Assembly (NCBI GenBank): GCA_963698085.1
Contig: OY969122.1
Span: 2,241,472-2,305,471, forward strand
DNA length: 64,000 nucleotides
Source of the DNA: an uncultured Solirubrobacterales bacterium
GTDB lineage: Bacteria > Actinomycetota > Thermoleophilia > Solirubrobacterales > 70-9
Reading direction: 5' to 3'
The position numbers were made by a program, and so were the translations under genes. Of this stretch, positions 8,732-17,589 are shown one piece after another (position 1 is the stretch's first letter; every line of letters starts with the position of its first letter). The notes under the pieces are model-generated. The model ran no database searches. It had not been told where the DNA came from and saw nothing but the letters and a program-made list of their open reading frames with translations.

Positions 8732-9322
8732 ATGGCTCCGTGGAAGCTACCGCTGATCGTCGCCGCTCTTGCGGTGCCGATCGTGGTGGCTTTCGCATTG
8801 GGTGGGGGCGGTGCTGGCGTCGCCGCCGGGGCACTGGTCGTGGCGGTGCTCATCGTCGTCGCTGCCCGCCAGGTCCCCCGCGGGCCGATTGGGGCTCGCC
8901 CCGAGAGCGGCGCCCGCCGGCGCGTCCTCATCATTGCCACCCGCCCCGTGGAGACACCGGCCACGGTGGAGAGGATCGCTGCGGTTGGGGGGCTCGGCGG
9001 GGATGCCGACGATGCCGAGGTTCTGGTCCTCGCCCCGGCCCGGATCGGCTTCCTCGACCGTTGGGCATCCGACGTCGAGGGAGCGCGGCAGGCCGCCCAG
9101 GAGAACCTTGTCGTCACCGTGGCGGCCCTGACCAAGGCCGGGATCGCGGCCGAGGCCAGGGTGGGTGATGAGGACATCGTGCAGGCGACTGAGGACCAGC
9201 TGCAGAGCTTCGTGGCAGACGAGGTGATCCTGGTCGGCGATGGCGAGTCGGAGGCGGCGGCGGCCGAGCTGGAGTCCCGCCTCCAGGTCCAGTTCCGGCG
9301 GGTCTCACTTGCCGGTGGCTGA
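8732..9322 (+). CDS. membrane-anchored hypothetical protein
   Basis: 196 aa. N-terminal TM segments, then an alpha/beta-looking domain (RRVLIIATRP...AEVLVLAPA...DEVILVG). Confidence 0.6.
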   Translation: MAPWKLPLIVAALAVPIVVAFALGGGGAGVAAGALVVAVLIVVAARQVPRGPIGARPESGARRRVLIIATRPVETPATVERIAAVGGLGGDADDAEVLVLAPARIGFLDRWASDVEGARQAAQENLVVTVAALTKAGIAAEARVGDEDIVQATEDQLQSFVADEVILVGDGESEAAAAELESRLQVQFRRVSLAGG

Positions 9323-9325
9323 GCT

Positions 9326-10312
9326 TCAGCAGGTGTGAGGGCGCGCGGCGCTGCGTACGACCTGGAAGGCGCTGCCGGGGATTCGCTTCAGCTGGTTCAG
9401 GTTCCCGTCGTCCCAGCGGCGGTCGCTGGCGCCGCTGAAGAACCAGTTGGAGCCGTTGTCGGCGACGATCACCCCGTAGCGCTTCAGTGCCTCGGCGATC
9501 GTACGGGCTGGCCCGCTGAACGTGCCGAGGCTGTAGCCGGCCTTGAGCCGGAGCCGCGTTCCCATCGCCGGTGCGTTCGGGTTAGCGGTGTCGCCGGCGC
9601 AGTGCGAGGCGGGGTGGACCCAGGCGTCGCGGGTGCTCTCGAAGGTGATGCGAATCGCGTGGTCGAGCCGGCCGGCTGCGGCCTCGTCGTAGCGGACCAG
9701 GCCGGGGAAGATCGGCAGGCCGGCGGCATCGGCCGAGGTCCAGGAGTCGGGTCGCAGTGCGGTCGAGGTCAGCTCCCAGCTGGCTCCTGAGTCGGCGTTC
9801 CAGCGCGGTCGCCCGCCGTCCCGCCGGGGGAAGGCGCGGTAGAGCTCGTAGAGGGTGCAGGTTGAGCGATCGACGGTGAGCACGTGCCTGTCGCCATCGC
9901 TATTCCGCCCGCCCTCAACGGGTGCGCCGGCTGGAATCGGGAACGGCCCGCGGTCGCTCTCGTCACCGTAGGCGGTGTAGTGGATCGGCAGCTTGCGCTG
10001 GCCGGCGCCGACGACCGCGTAGGGAAAGCCGTAGGCGCGGGGGGAGCCGAAGTCGGGGTGGAGGAAGTTGCCTCCGTGGGAGTTGATGTAGGCGATGGCC
10101 GCGGCGGAATTAGGGACGATGGGCGCCCTCGAGATGTCCTGGTTCCAGGCGGCCTGGTTGGGTAGCGAGGGAGCGGTGGGGGAGAGGGAGGCCGGCGGAT
10201 CGGGGAAGACCTGGCAGTCGCCGAGGCTGGGGTATGGGCCGGCACCCTGGGCCCGCGCCGACAGGGCGAGGAGAAATAGAAGCGAGAGGGCGAGAAAGGC
10301 GAAGCGCTTCAT
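9326..10312 (-). CDS. secreted hypothetical protein
   Basis: Internal ATG 10312 gives the signal peptide MKRFAFLALSLLFLLALSARAQG. The upstream part of track ORF 9326..10699 is Arg/Gly junk and crosses tRNA-His. The ATG overlaps the TGA of the upstream small gene. Confidence 0.75.
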   Translation of the reverse strand: MKRFAFLALSLLFLLALSARAQGAGPYPSLGDCQVFPDPPASLSPTAPSLPNQAAWNQDISRAPIVPNSAAAIAYINSHGGNFLHPDFGSPRAYGFPYAVVGAGQRKLPIHYTAYGDESDRGPFPIPAGAPVEGGRNSDGDRHVLTVDRSTCTLYELYRAFPRRDGGRPRWNADSGASWELTSTALRPDSWTSADAAGLPIFPGLVRYDEAAAGRLDHAIRITFESTRDAWVHPASHCAGDTANPNAPAMGTRLRLKAGYSLGTFSGPARTIAEALKRYGVIVADNGSNWFFSGASDRRWDDGNLNQLKRIPGSAFQVVRSAARPHTC

Positions 10313-10557
10313 CCGAAGGGCGGGCGGTCGGGCATGCGGACCTCCTCGACCTCGAGCTGGCCGATCTTGAGCTTCCCGACCGTCGCGCGACCGATCGCCA
10401 ACCGTCCCACGCTGAGCCGCCCGATAGCGAAGCCACCGATTGCCGCCGCCCCGACGGCCAACGCCCCGATCGCAACCGCACCCCGCGCCTGAGCCCCGAT
10501 CGCCGTTACCCGGCGAGCCTCCGACTGAAAGAACGCAATCCCTCCTCGCTTGGGCAT
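10309..10557 (-). CDS. small repeat protein (about ten x-[IV]-G-x-x pentads)
   Basis: 82 aa: ...VTAIGAQARGAVAIGALAVGAAAIGGFAIGRLSVGRLAIGRATVGKLKIGQLEVEEV.... ATGA overlap with the downstream secreted-protein gene. Confidence 0.55.
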   Translation of the reverse strand: MPKRGGIAFFQSEARRVTAIGAQARGAVAIGALAVGAAAIGGFAIGRLSVGRLAIGRATVGKLKIGQLEVEEVRMPDRPPFG

Positions 10558-10598
10558 CGCGCAACCGTAGCCATAACCACGCTAGATTGAAAGCGCGC

Positions 10599-10672
10599 GG
10601 TGGACGTAGCTCAGCTGGTAGAGCTCCTGGTTGTGGTCCAGGCGGTCGCCGGTTCGAATCCGGTCGTCCACC
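10599..10672 (+). tRNA. tRNA-His (anticodon GTG)
   Basis: Encoded G-1 (10599) opposite discriminator C. Acceptor gtggacg/cgtccac, anticodon stem cctgg/ccagg with loop ttgtggt, T arm gccgg-ttcgaat-ccggt. Confidence 0.93.
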
Positions 10673-10744
10673 CCTCATAGAACCCCTGCAAATCGGCACC
10701 TTGGTGTGAGCAGTTCGGTTTGAACCGGGACCCGATTTCCGCTC

Positions 10745-10771
10745 CCGATCAGGCAGTTTCTGCCTGATCGG
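10745..10771. promoter_or_regulatory. perfect 12-bp stem / 3-nt loop hairpin
   Basis: ccgatcaggcag-ttt-ctgcctgatcgg. It lies 73 nt after tRNA-His and 19 nt before the LuxR-type gene. No U-tract. Confidence 0.3.
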
Positions 10772-10789
10772 CGTTGGATAGGCGGGGAC

Positions 10790-12580
10790 ATGCGGCGATT
10801 GCCGTCAATTCGGACGCCTCGCCTCGCAGCCGACCATGCCCGCGCCGCTCGCTTGCTCTCTGAAGATGGCGCTCCCGGCGACGCCGTCGCGGCGCACCTG
10901 CTGCTCGCCGAGCCCGGTGGCGACGAGTGGGTGGTTGCCGAGCTGCGCACCGCCGCAAGCGTCGCGCTTGGTCGCGGCGCCCCTGCCGCCGCGATCAGCT
11001 ACCTGCGCCGGGCGCTGCGCGAGCCGCCGCCAAAACAGGACCGGCGGGCAGTGAGCCGGGAGCTCGGCCTGGCACTGCTCCGCGACGACCATGCCGAGGG
11101 GATCGAGGTGCTGCGCGCCGTGCGAGCCGCCGAGGACGACCCGGTCGTGCGGGCGCAGCTTGCGACCGAGCTCTCGATCTCGTTGGTCCTTCGCCGTCCG
11201 GGTGGCGAGGGGGTGGCGATGCTCGAAGAGTCCCTGCGGGAGATCCCCGACCATCGCGCCGGGCTCGGCCTCTTCCTGCACGGTCATCTGCTGATACACA
11301 CGCTCAGCGGGCTGGAAGAAGTGCCGCCCCAGATCATGCCGGAGCGCGAGGCGTGGCCGGACGGCGGCACCGCCGAGGGTCGTTTCGTCCTGCGCCAGCT
11401 GGCCTTCCTCTACGCGGTCGGGTTCGGCCCGATGGAAAACGTCATGGACCTGATCGAGAGAACCGGCGCCGATCTCAGCCTCTATGCGGACGATGTGCGC
11501 GTCGGCCTGCCGGCGCACGCCGGCTCGGCCGCGATGGCTCTGGCAGACCATGGAGACCTGACCTTCGAGTACTTCGCAACGGCATTCCAGATTGTGGAGG
11601 AGCGCGGGTCGGTCACCGCTCTTTCCTCGGCGCACGGCATGCAGGCCTGGTGCCTCCTTGGCGATGGGGATCTGGGCGCCGCTTGGGTTGACGCCGAGAG
11701 CGCTGTGCGGCTCACCGAGGCAACCGGCCTTCAAACCATGTTCAACAGCTGGGTCTCGGCAGCCCTGAGGACTCTTGTCGCGAAGGGCGAGCCGGTTGCC
11801 GCCGAGGAATTGCTGGCGCGCGTATGGCAGGGGCGCGAGCCGGGTCCCGGGATCCCCGGCGCCGTCCTGTTGGTAGCGCGTGGGGAGCTCCGCCTGGAGA
11901 GAGGTCACCATGCTGAGGCGAGGCACGATTTCCTCGCCGCAGCCGAGCGAGTGCGCTGGCTGCCGTTCGCCAACCCGGAGGTGATCGGGTGGCGTACCGG
12001 CCTCGCCCTCTCCGAATACGCGCTCGGCAACGGGGAGGAGGCGCGACGACTGGCGGCAGAGGCAGTGCGGTTGGCGCGCGAGGCCGGCGGCGCGCGCGGG
12101 ATCGGGCTGACTCTGCGCGTGTTGGGGTCGGTGACCGTGGGGGGAGAGGGGATCGAGCTGCTGCGCGAGGCGACCGACGTGCTCGGGAGGACCAGGGCGC
12201 GCCTGCAGCATGCCCAGGCGTTGGTCGAGCTCGGCGCCGCGCTGCGCCGCGCCAATCGGCGTCGCGAGGCGCGCGAGCCGTTGCGGGAGGGCCTCGACCT
12301 CGCTCACCGCTGCGGCGCCGCGCCCCTGGAGGAGCGCGCCCGCGCCGAGCTGACGGCGACCGGGGCGCGCCCGCGCAAGGCGGTCCTCTCGGGGGTCGAG
12401 TCGCTTACCCCGAGCGAGCTGCGGGTCGCCCGCATGGCCGCCGAGGGGATGACCAACCGCGAGATCGCGCAGAGCCTCTTCGTCACCGTAAAGACGGTCG
12501 AGACCCACCTTCGCCACGTCTACCAGAAGCTCGACGTGGCGGGACGGACCGATCTCGCAGAGGTCCTCGATGCGTCCTGA
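10790..12580 (+). CDS. LuxR family transcriptional regulator (TPR-like middle region plus C-terminal HTH)
   Basis: C-terminus LTPSELRVARMAAEGMTNREIAQSLFVTVKTVETHLRHVYQKLDV is a LuxR/GerE HTH. The body resembles the central part of large ATP-binding LuxR (LAL) regulators, but no N-terminal P-loop is present. Confidence 0.85.
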   Translation: MRRLPSIRTPRLAADHARAARLLSEDGAPGDAVAAHLLLAEPGGDEWVVAELRTAASVALGRGAPAAAISYLRRALREPPPKQDRRAVSRELGLALLRDDHAEGIEVLRAVRAAEDDPVVRAQLATELSISLVLRRPGGEGVAMLEESLREIPDHRAGLGLFLHGHLLIHTLSGLEEVPPQIMPEREAWPDGGTAEGRFVLRQLAFLYAVGFGPMENVMDLIERTGADLSLYADDVRVGLPAHAGSAAMALADHGDLTFEYFATAFQIVEERGSVTALSSAHGMQAWCLLGDGDLGAAWVDAESAVRLTEATGLQTMFNSWVSAALRTLVAKGEPVAAEELLARVWQGREPGPGIPGAVLLVARGELRLERGHHAEARHDFLAAAERVRWLPFANPEVIGWRTGLALSEYALGNGEEARRLAAEAVRLAREAGGARGIGLTLRVLGSVTVGGEGIELLREATDVLGRTRARLQHAQALVELGAALRRANRRREAREPLREGLDLAHRCGAAPLEERARAELTATGARPRKAVLSGVESLTPSELRVARMAAEGMTNREIAQSLFVTVKTVETHLRHVYQKLDVAGRTDLAEVLDAS

Positions 12581-13140
12581 GACGCAGCCTCGCCGTCATC
12601 GACCACCTTCCCGATGATCGCGCGAGCGGGTACTGGCCCCCAAAAGCGGCTGTCGGAGGAAGCGCCACTGTTATCGCCCATGACGAAATAGTGATTCGGC
12701 GGGATCGTGATCGTGCGTTTCATGTTGCAGGCTCCAAAGTGGCGACAGGGCTGGATCACATCGGCCAGGGCGATTGAGCCGTTGACGACCGGCCGTCCCT
12801 GGCGGATGCTCAATCGATCTCCCGGCGTTGCGACGACGCGCTTCAGGAAGACCTGTGAGCTCAGCTTCGGGGTTGGCATGCGACAGGGCTTTTTGGGCTG
12901 GGCTGGGACGCCGCATTTTTCGGTCTCCACACCCCGTGGAGGGTGGAAAACCACGGCGTCGCCGATGGCCGGCGTTGCGCTGTCGTACGCATCGAGATCG
13001 ACCGTGACCACCTCCCCCGCCGAGAATGCGGGCTCCATCGATTCGCTGGGCATCGTGTAGTCCTTCGTGTGACCGGACCCGAACCCGAAAAGTACGACGG
13101 CGAATGCGAGCAGAAGAAAGGCGCAGGCACGTCGGTGCAT
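12520..13140 (-). CDS. lepB: signal peptidase I
   Basis: N-terminal TM segment, SMEP catalytic-Ser box (PSESMEPAF), LKRVVATPGD, and GDNSGASSDSRFWGP box. Confidence 0.88.
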   Translation of the reverse strand: MHRRACAFLLLAFAVVLFGFGSGHTKDYTMPSESMEPAFSAGEVVTVDLDAYDSATPAIGDAVVFHPPRGVETEKCGVPAQPKKPCRMPTPKLSSQVFLKRVVATPGDRLSIRQGRPVVNGSIALADVIQPCRHFGACNMKRTITIPPNHYFVMGDNSGASSDSRFWGPVPARAIIGKVVDDGEAASQDASRTSARSVRPATSSFW

Positions 13141-13182
13141 AACAGGGAGGCTAGCGAGACTCTGCGTCTCCCCTTCAGTGAC

Positions 13183-14403
13183 TCAGACCACCCCGGCCGG
13201 CGCCTTCGCGAACCACCGTTCTAGGCGCTCTCGCGTGAGGACGTCGCTGCGGGGGCGGGTTAGGCGGGTGAAGGTGTCGCGGAAGGCTTGGCCGGCCTCG
13301 GGGTCGGAGGCTAGCCCGGCGAAGATGGGGCGGGTGACTTCGGGGCGGGGGAGGCGGCCGTAGTCGAATGACCACTCGTAGTGCTCGCGGGCGCGCTCGT
13401 CGCGCCAGGCTTCGTAGTCGGAAAGGTCATCGGTTGGGCCGGTGAGGGCGTCGGCGACGTGGAGCGCCTGCTCGATCGCGTCGGAGATGCCCTGGGCGGT
13501 GGAGGGGTGCTTGAAGTGGCCGGCGTCGCCGACCAGGGCCCAGCCGGGACCGGTCGCCTCACGGAAGAAGCCGCGCAGCATCGTCTCCGGGGCGACGCGG
13601 ATCGGGGAGATCTGCTCGGCCCCCTCGAGCAGGCTCGGGTCGAACCACTCGAACTGCTCCAGGCTGGAGGTGAAGAGGCGCTGGCGCTGCTCGGCATCGC
13701 CCCGCGTCAGCTCCGCTGGAACGCCGAGCATCAGGATCGAGACGTCGTCCTCGCAATGCCCCCAGCTCAGCGAGGCCGACTCGAGCACCTCGACCCGGAA
13801 GCGGTCACTTTCGGGCAGGCCGCGCCAGTAGGTGAACACGATCCCGATGTCGCTTGCGGCCGGGCGCTGTTTCTCGAGTCCGAGCAGGCTCGCGACGGTC
13901 GAGGCGCGACCGTCGGCGCCCAGCACCCAGCGCGCCTCGATTTGATCGCCGCCCTCTAGCTCCACGCCGCGGACCGGGTCCTCGGCGGTGCCAGTACCGA
14001 GCAGGCCGGTGACCTTCTCGCCGAACCGGGTCTCGGCGCCGGCGGCGATTGCGACGTTGAGTAGCGCCTGATCGAGCACCGGCCGCGTCACCCCAACCAT
14101 GCGATCGAAGCCGCCCACCGGCGTGAACGGCCCGGTCACCTCCTCGCCGAGCACGCGCACCGCGTAGTGCAGTGGATTGAGCTGGTGCCGCGCCTCGATC
14201 CGGCCTAGCGCTCCCAGCTCTTGCAGCCGGACGAGCGTGTTCGGGAAGAGGTAGTGGGTCGAGATCGTGTCTGCCGGCGGCGGTTCACGATCGACGAGCA
14301 GCACCGACCAGCCTCGCTCGGCCAGGCGGGTCGCCAGCGGCGAGCCGGCGCAACGGGCGCCGACGATCACCGCGTCGTAGCTCGACCGCCCCGCAGTGGT
14401 CAC
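13183..14403 (-). CDS. FAD-dependent oxidoreductase/monooxygenase
   Basis: N-terminal DAVIVGARCAGSPLATRLAERGWSVLLVDRE dinucleotide-binding fold. GTGA overlap with the upstream methyltransferase gene. Confidence 0.85.
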   Translation of the reverse strand: MTTAGRSSYDAVIVGARCAGSPLATRLAERGWSVLLVDREPPPADTISTHYLFPNTLVRLQELGALGRIEARHQLNPLHYAVRVLGEEVTGPFTPVGGFDRMVGVTRPVLDQALLNVAIAAGAETRFGEKVTGLLGTGTAEDPVRGVELEGGDQIEARWVLGADGRASTVASLLGLEKQRPAASDIGIVFTYWRGLPESDRFRVEVLESASLSWGHCEDDVSILMLGVPAELTRGDAEQRQRLFTSSLEQFEWFDPSLLEGAEQISPIRVAPETMLRGFFREATGPGWALVGDAGHFKHPSTAQGISDAIEQALHVADALTGPTDDLSDYEAWRDERAREHYEWSFDYGRLPRPEVTRPIFAGLASDPEAGQAFRDTFTRLTRPRSDVLTRERLERWFAKAPAGVV

Positions 14404-15242
14404 GATCGCCTTCGCCCGACCGCGAGCAGGAACTCCATCTCGAAGCGGGCCTCGTCGGCGCCACCGTGGTTCTGCTCCTCGTAGTAGCGGTCCAGCGCCT
14501 CCACGAACTCCCCCTCGCGCTCGTTGCGGCGCGCGTTCGCCTGCGCCGCGATCGTCGGCCCGTAGCGCTGCTTGAAGTGCTCGGCGAAGTCGGCGGGTCG
14601 CTCGAAGGCGGTCACCTCGAGCACGTCACGCTCCAGCGTCTCGAGCTCAACCCGGTCGCCGAGCAGCTCGCGCAGGTGCTCCTCGCCACCCCAGAGCGGT
14701 GGCGGCTGCGCACCCGGCGGCGGCGTCGGGGCGAACGGCCCGATCGTGCGGAAGAGGCCGCCGATCATCCCTTCCGGCGTCCAGCTCAGCAGCCCGATCG
14801 TCCCGCCCGGGCGGCAGACTCGCACGAGCTCGTCGGCGGCCGCCTGGTGGTGGGGCGCGAACATCACCCCGATCGAAGAGATCACGGCATCGAAGCTGGC
14901 GTCCTCGAACGGCAGATCCTCGGCGTCGCCCTCGGCCCACTCGAGTTCCACTCCTTCGGCCTCGGCGCGAGCGCGGCCGGCCTCGAACAGCTCCGGCGTT
15001 AGGTCACTGGCAATGACCGTCGCCCCGCTGGCGGCCGCCGGGATCGCCGCGTTGCCGGTACCGGCGGCGACGTCGAGGACGCGCATCCCGGGCCCGATAT
15101 CGCAGGCCTCGACGAGGCGCGGCCCGAGCGGCAGCAGGAAGGTCTCGACCATCGAGGGGTAATCGCCGGACGCCCACATCGAGCGGTGGCGGGCCTTGAG
15201 CTCGCTGTTCGCGTCCTTCGTCTTGTCGGCAACGTCGTTCAC
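14400..15242 (-). CDS. class I SAM-dependent methyltransferase
   Basis: Motif I VLDVAAGTGNAAIPAA, then SDLTPELFE. 280 aa. Confidence 0.88.
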   Translation of the reverse strand: MNDVADKTKDANSELKARHRSMWASGDYPSMVETFLLPLGPRLVEACDIGPGMRVLDVAAGTGNAAIPAAASGATVIASDLTPELFEAGRARAEAEGVELEWAEGDAEDLPFEDASFDAVISSIGVMFAPHHQAAADELVRVCRPGGTIGLLSWTPEGMIGGLFRTIGPFAPTPPPGAQPPPLWGGEEHLRELLGDRVELETLERDVLEVTAFERPADFAEHFKQRYGPTIAAQANARRNEREGEFVEALDRYYEEQNHGGADEARFEMEFLLAVGRRRS

Positions 15243-15347
15243 TCGGATCTCCTTCTCGCGTGTGCTGTTGGAGATGGTCTACGCCGAGTCGGGGAGAGAT
15301 TCAACTTCAAGATCTGCAGTTGGGCACGTACACTCGGAGCGAGGCTC

Positions 15348-16094
15348 ATGCCAGAGAGCTACGGACAGTTCTGCCCGGTTGCACAGGCGGCAGAGGTTTT
15401 GACCGAGCGCTGGACGCTGCTCGTCGTTCGTGAGCTGCTGATGGGAAGCACGCGCTTCAACGAGATCCAGCGTGGCGTTCCCCGCATGTCCTCGTCCCTG
15501 CTCAGCAAACGGCTGCGGGAGCTGGAGCGCTCTGGATTGATCACCAGGCACCCGCTGAGTGGAGAGCGCGGGAACGAATACCGGCTGACGCCGGCCGGCG
15601 AAGCGCTCGGGCCCCTCGTCGTCTCGCTCGGAACCTGGAGCCGGGACCATCTGAAGCGGGAGATAACCGCTGAGGAGGCCGACCCGGCGCTGCTGATGTG
15701 GGACATGGGGCGGAGCCTTCGCCTCGACCGGCTGCCGGCGGAGCGGGTCGTGACCTTCTTTCGCTATCGCGACGTCGAGGATGGCAAGCGAGCCTGGTGG
15801 CTGGTGGCGCAGGGCTCGGGCACCGACGTCTGCTTCACGGACCCCGGTTTCTCGATCGACCTGCAGGTCGACGCCGAGGCGCGGGCGATGGCCGAGGTCT
15901 GGGTGGGGCAGCTCGAGCTGGGCGCGGCGATGCGCTCTGGGGCGGTGCGGATCACCGGACCGGAGCACCTGGTGCGCAGCGTCCCGGATTGGCTGGGACT
16001 GAGCTCGTTCGCTTATCCCGACCCAGCCGCCGTGTTTGCCGAGCGGCGACCCGAGCCGAGGATGAGACGTGAAGCAGCCGTCCCTGAAACTTGA
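15348..16094 (+). CDS. HxlR family transcriptional regulator
   Basis: ATG 15348 gives MPESYGQFCPVAQAAEVLTERWTLLVVRELLMGSTRFNEIQRGVPRMSSSLLSKRLRELE, a typical HxlR wHTH. It is divergent from the methyltransferase/FAD operon. Confidence 0.85.
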   Translation: MPESYGQFCPVAQAAEVLTERWTLLVVRELLMGSTRFNEIQRGVPRMSSSLLSKRLRELERSGLITRHPLSGERGNEYRLTPAGEALGPLVVSLGTWSRDHLKREITAEEADPALLMWDMGRSLRLDRLPAERVVTFFRYRDVEDGKRAWWLVAQGSGTDVCFTDPGFSIDLQVDAEARAMAEVWVGQLELGAAMRSGAVRITGPEHLVRSVPDWLGLSSFAYPDPAAVFAERRPEPRMRREAAVPET

Positions 16095-17311
16095 ACCTCG
16101 CCTCGCTCAACGTAAGCGTGGCCGATCCCCAAAGAGTTGAGGAGCTGCAGGCGTCGAGTTGTTATCGGTCGGTTCGTGACGAGGCAAAGCTTGTCTTTGG
16201 CTGAGCCCAAGAACAGGCGATATTCGAGCAGCTGCGCAAGCCCGCTGCGCACTGCACCCCGCTCGCTCTTGGCGTGAATGCTTTTGATCTCAAAGAGGAC
16301 TCGACGATGTCCTTTTCCGCTGGGTCTCTTTGCCATCAGGTCAGTGGCACCATCGATTTCCTCGAGCTCGTTCCAGCCTGTTTTCTCCAACCAGAGACCG
16401 AAGGCGCGAAGGGTCGCCTGGTGGTGTTGGTCGGCCTGTTCCTGTAGAACGCGGCGGCTTTCTAAGTCCCCTGGGGCGCTTCGCCGGCGCTGAGATGGCT
16501 TCCTGCTGGGGTCGAAGGCTCTCGGCTGGAACGACGATGCATCGCGAAGGGACGACTCCGCTTCTCGGTCCCTTTTCGAGCGGGATTTCTGCCCCATCCG
16601 CTTGCCGCCCGCCAGCCTTAAGCGGAACTGATAGACACGACGGTCCTTGCCCTCTACGTCGGCGTCGATGCTCTCCCAATGATCGACGCAGATGACCCGA
16701 TCGTGGAAAAGCAGCTTTTCAGCCCCCGCGTACTCGAACAAAAAGAGCTCACGGGAGTTTTCCGCGACGAAACGATTCACCCCCTTGAGCTGCTGGTGCC
16801 CGGTGAGCCCCTTGCCTGCGTAGATCAGGTCACCCTTGTCCCACTCGTCGCCGTAGCTAAACGATTGGCCCCTGTTTGAGCTGGTAATCAGCAGAAGGGC
16901 GTTGAGATCTGGGCACGAGAGCATGCCACCACCGACCGAGAACAGGCGCCGCTTAAAGCCAAATTTCGCCGCGACGTTCTCCCAGCTATGGACCGTGCCA
17001 GCACGCAACTGGGGGAGTTGTGGACTTGCGTCGGTAACGACCTCAAAACTCAGCTTCCTCAGGGTGGGCACTGAGGATTGGGTTCCACCCTGGTAGCTAA
17101 CGGGCCGTCGCTTCCCGTCGCCGTGGAACTGGAGGCCCCATGCAACTCCGGCAATCGCCTTCGAATCGTAGAGCTTGCCTCTATAGCGAAGGCGATATTT
17201 CAGCGCCCTCTTGTAGCCATATTTTGCGAGGAAAGAGTCCTGGCCAATTCGATCGAACTCTTTGATGGCTTTGAGGACCGCACTTCGCGAATTGAGCTCC
17301 GAGATGGGCAC
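16013..17311 (-). CDS. putative modification-dependent (type IV-like) restriction endonuclease
   Basis: N-terminus SAVLKAIKEFDRIGQDSFLAKYGYK...YDSKAIAGVA matches the ScoMcrA-type head domain. The middle ...YGDEWDKGDLIYAGKGLTGHQQLKGVNRFVAEN... is SRA/YDG-like. The C-terminus D-x13-LFEIKS...QLLEY is PD-(D/E)XK-like. Two 60-nt lines counted in this gene are 33/60 G+C. Confidence 0.6.
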   Translation of the reverse strand: MPISELNSRSAVLKAIKEFDRIGQDSFLAKYGYKRALKYRLRYRGKLYDSKAIAGVAWGLQFHGDGKRRPVSYQGGTQSSVPTLRKLSFEVVTDASPQLPQLRAGTVHSWENVAAKFGFKRRLFSVGGGMLSCPDLNALLLITSSNRGQSFSYGDEWDKGDLIYAGKGLTGHQQLKGVNRFVAENSRELFLFEYAGAEKLLFHDRVICVDHWESIDADVEGKDRRVYQFRLRLAGGKRMGQKSRSKRDREAESSLRDASSFQPRAFDPSRKPSQRRRSAPGDLESRRVLQEQADQHHQATLRAFGLWLEKTGWNELEEIDGATDLMAKRPSGKGHRRVLFEIKSIHAKSERGAVRSGLAQLLEYRLFLGSAKDKLCLVTNRPITTRRLQLLNSLGIGHAYVERGEVQVSGTAASRLILGSGRRSANTAAGSG

Positions 17312-17341
17312 CTCGCGACGATCTTATCTGCGCCAATCAAG

Positions 17342-17374
17342 GGGCGACGAAGGCGGACGCCGCCTTCGTCGCCC
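17342..17374. terminator. perfect 15-bp GC-rich hairpin (3-nt loop)
   Basis: gggcgacgaaggcgg-acg-ccgccttcgtcgccc, between the small acidic ORF and the nuclease gene. There is no clear U-tract on either strand. Confidence 0.4.
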
Positions 17375-17391
17375 TTAGTAGCTTGTGGATT

Positions 17392-17589
17392 TCAGGCCGT
17401 GTCTGGGTACGAGTCTTGGCCGTCCCTGTGCTCGAGCTCGTCGGCATCAAGCATGGCCCAGCCGACCCGCTCTACAAGCTGACCTGAGAAGTGTTCCGAC
17501 TCGAGATCGCTGAGGCTGACCCGCTCCCGGTACACCACCGTGCGATCGGGGTCGTCGTTTTGGTCCGTCACCACGAGTATCTGCGGCAT
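17392..17589 (-). CDS. small acidic hypothetical protein
   Basis: 65 aa, Asp/Glu-rich (MPQILVVTDQNDDPDRTVVYRERVSLSDLESEHF...). It lies directly upstream of the nuclease on the same strand. Confidence 0.5.
   Translation of the reverse strand: MPQILVVTDQNDDPDRTVVYRERVSLSDLESEHFSGQLVERVGWAMLDADELEHRDGQDSYPDTA

Noticed and set aside
9326-10699. The 457-aa version of the secreted protein.
   Set aside because: The upstream 129 codons are Arg/Gly-rich, overlap the repeat mini-protein gene and cross tRNA-His. An internal ATG gives a classic signal peptide.
10805-12517. 570-aa ORF antisense to the LuxR-type gene. The same applies to 40622..42532, 34882..36309, 47923..49197, 37905..39125, 28093..29163, 4520..5638 and 19301..20521.
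   Set aside because: These are Arg/Pro/Gly/Ala-rich low-complexity translations lying opposite genes with clear motifs. Long stop-free antisense frames are expected in DNA this GC-rich.
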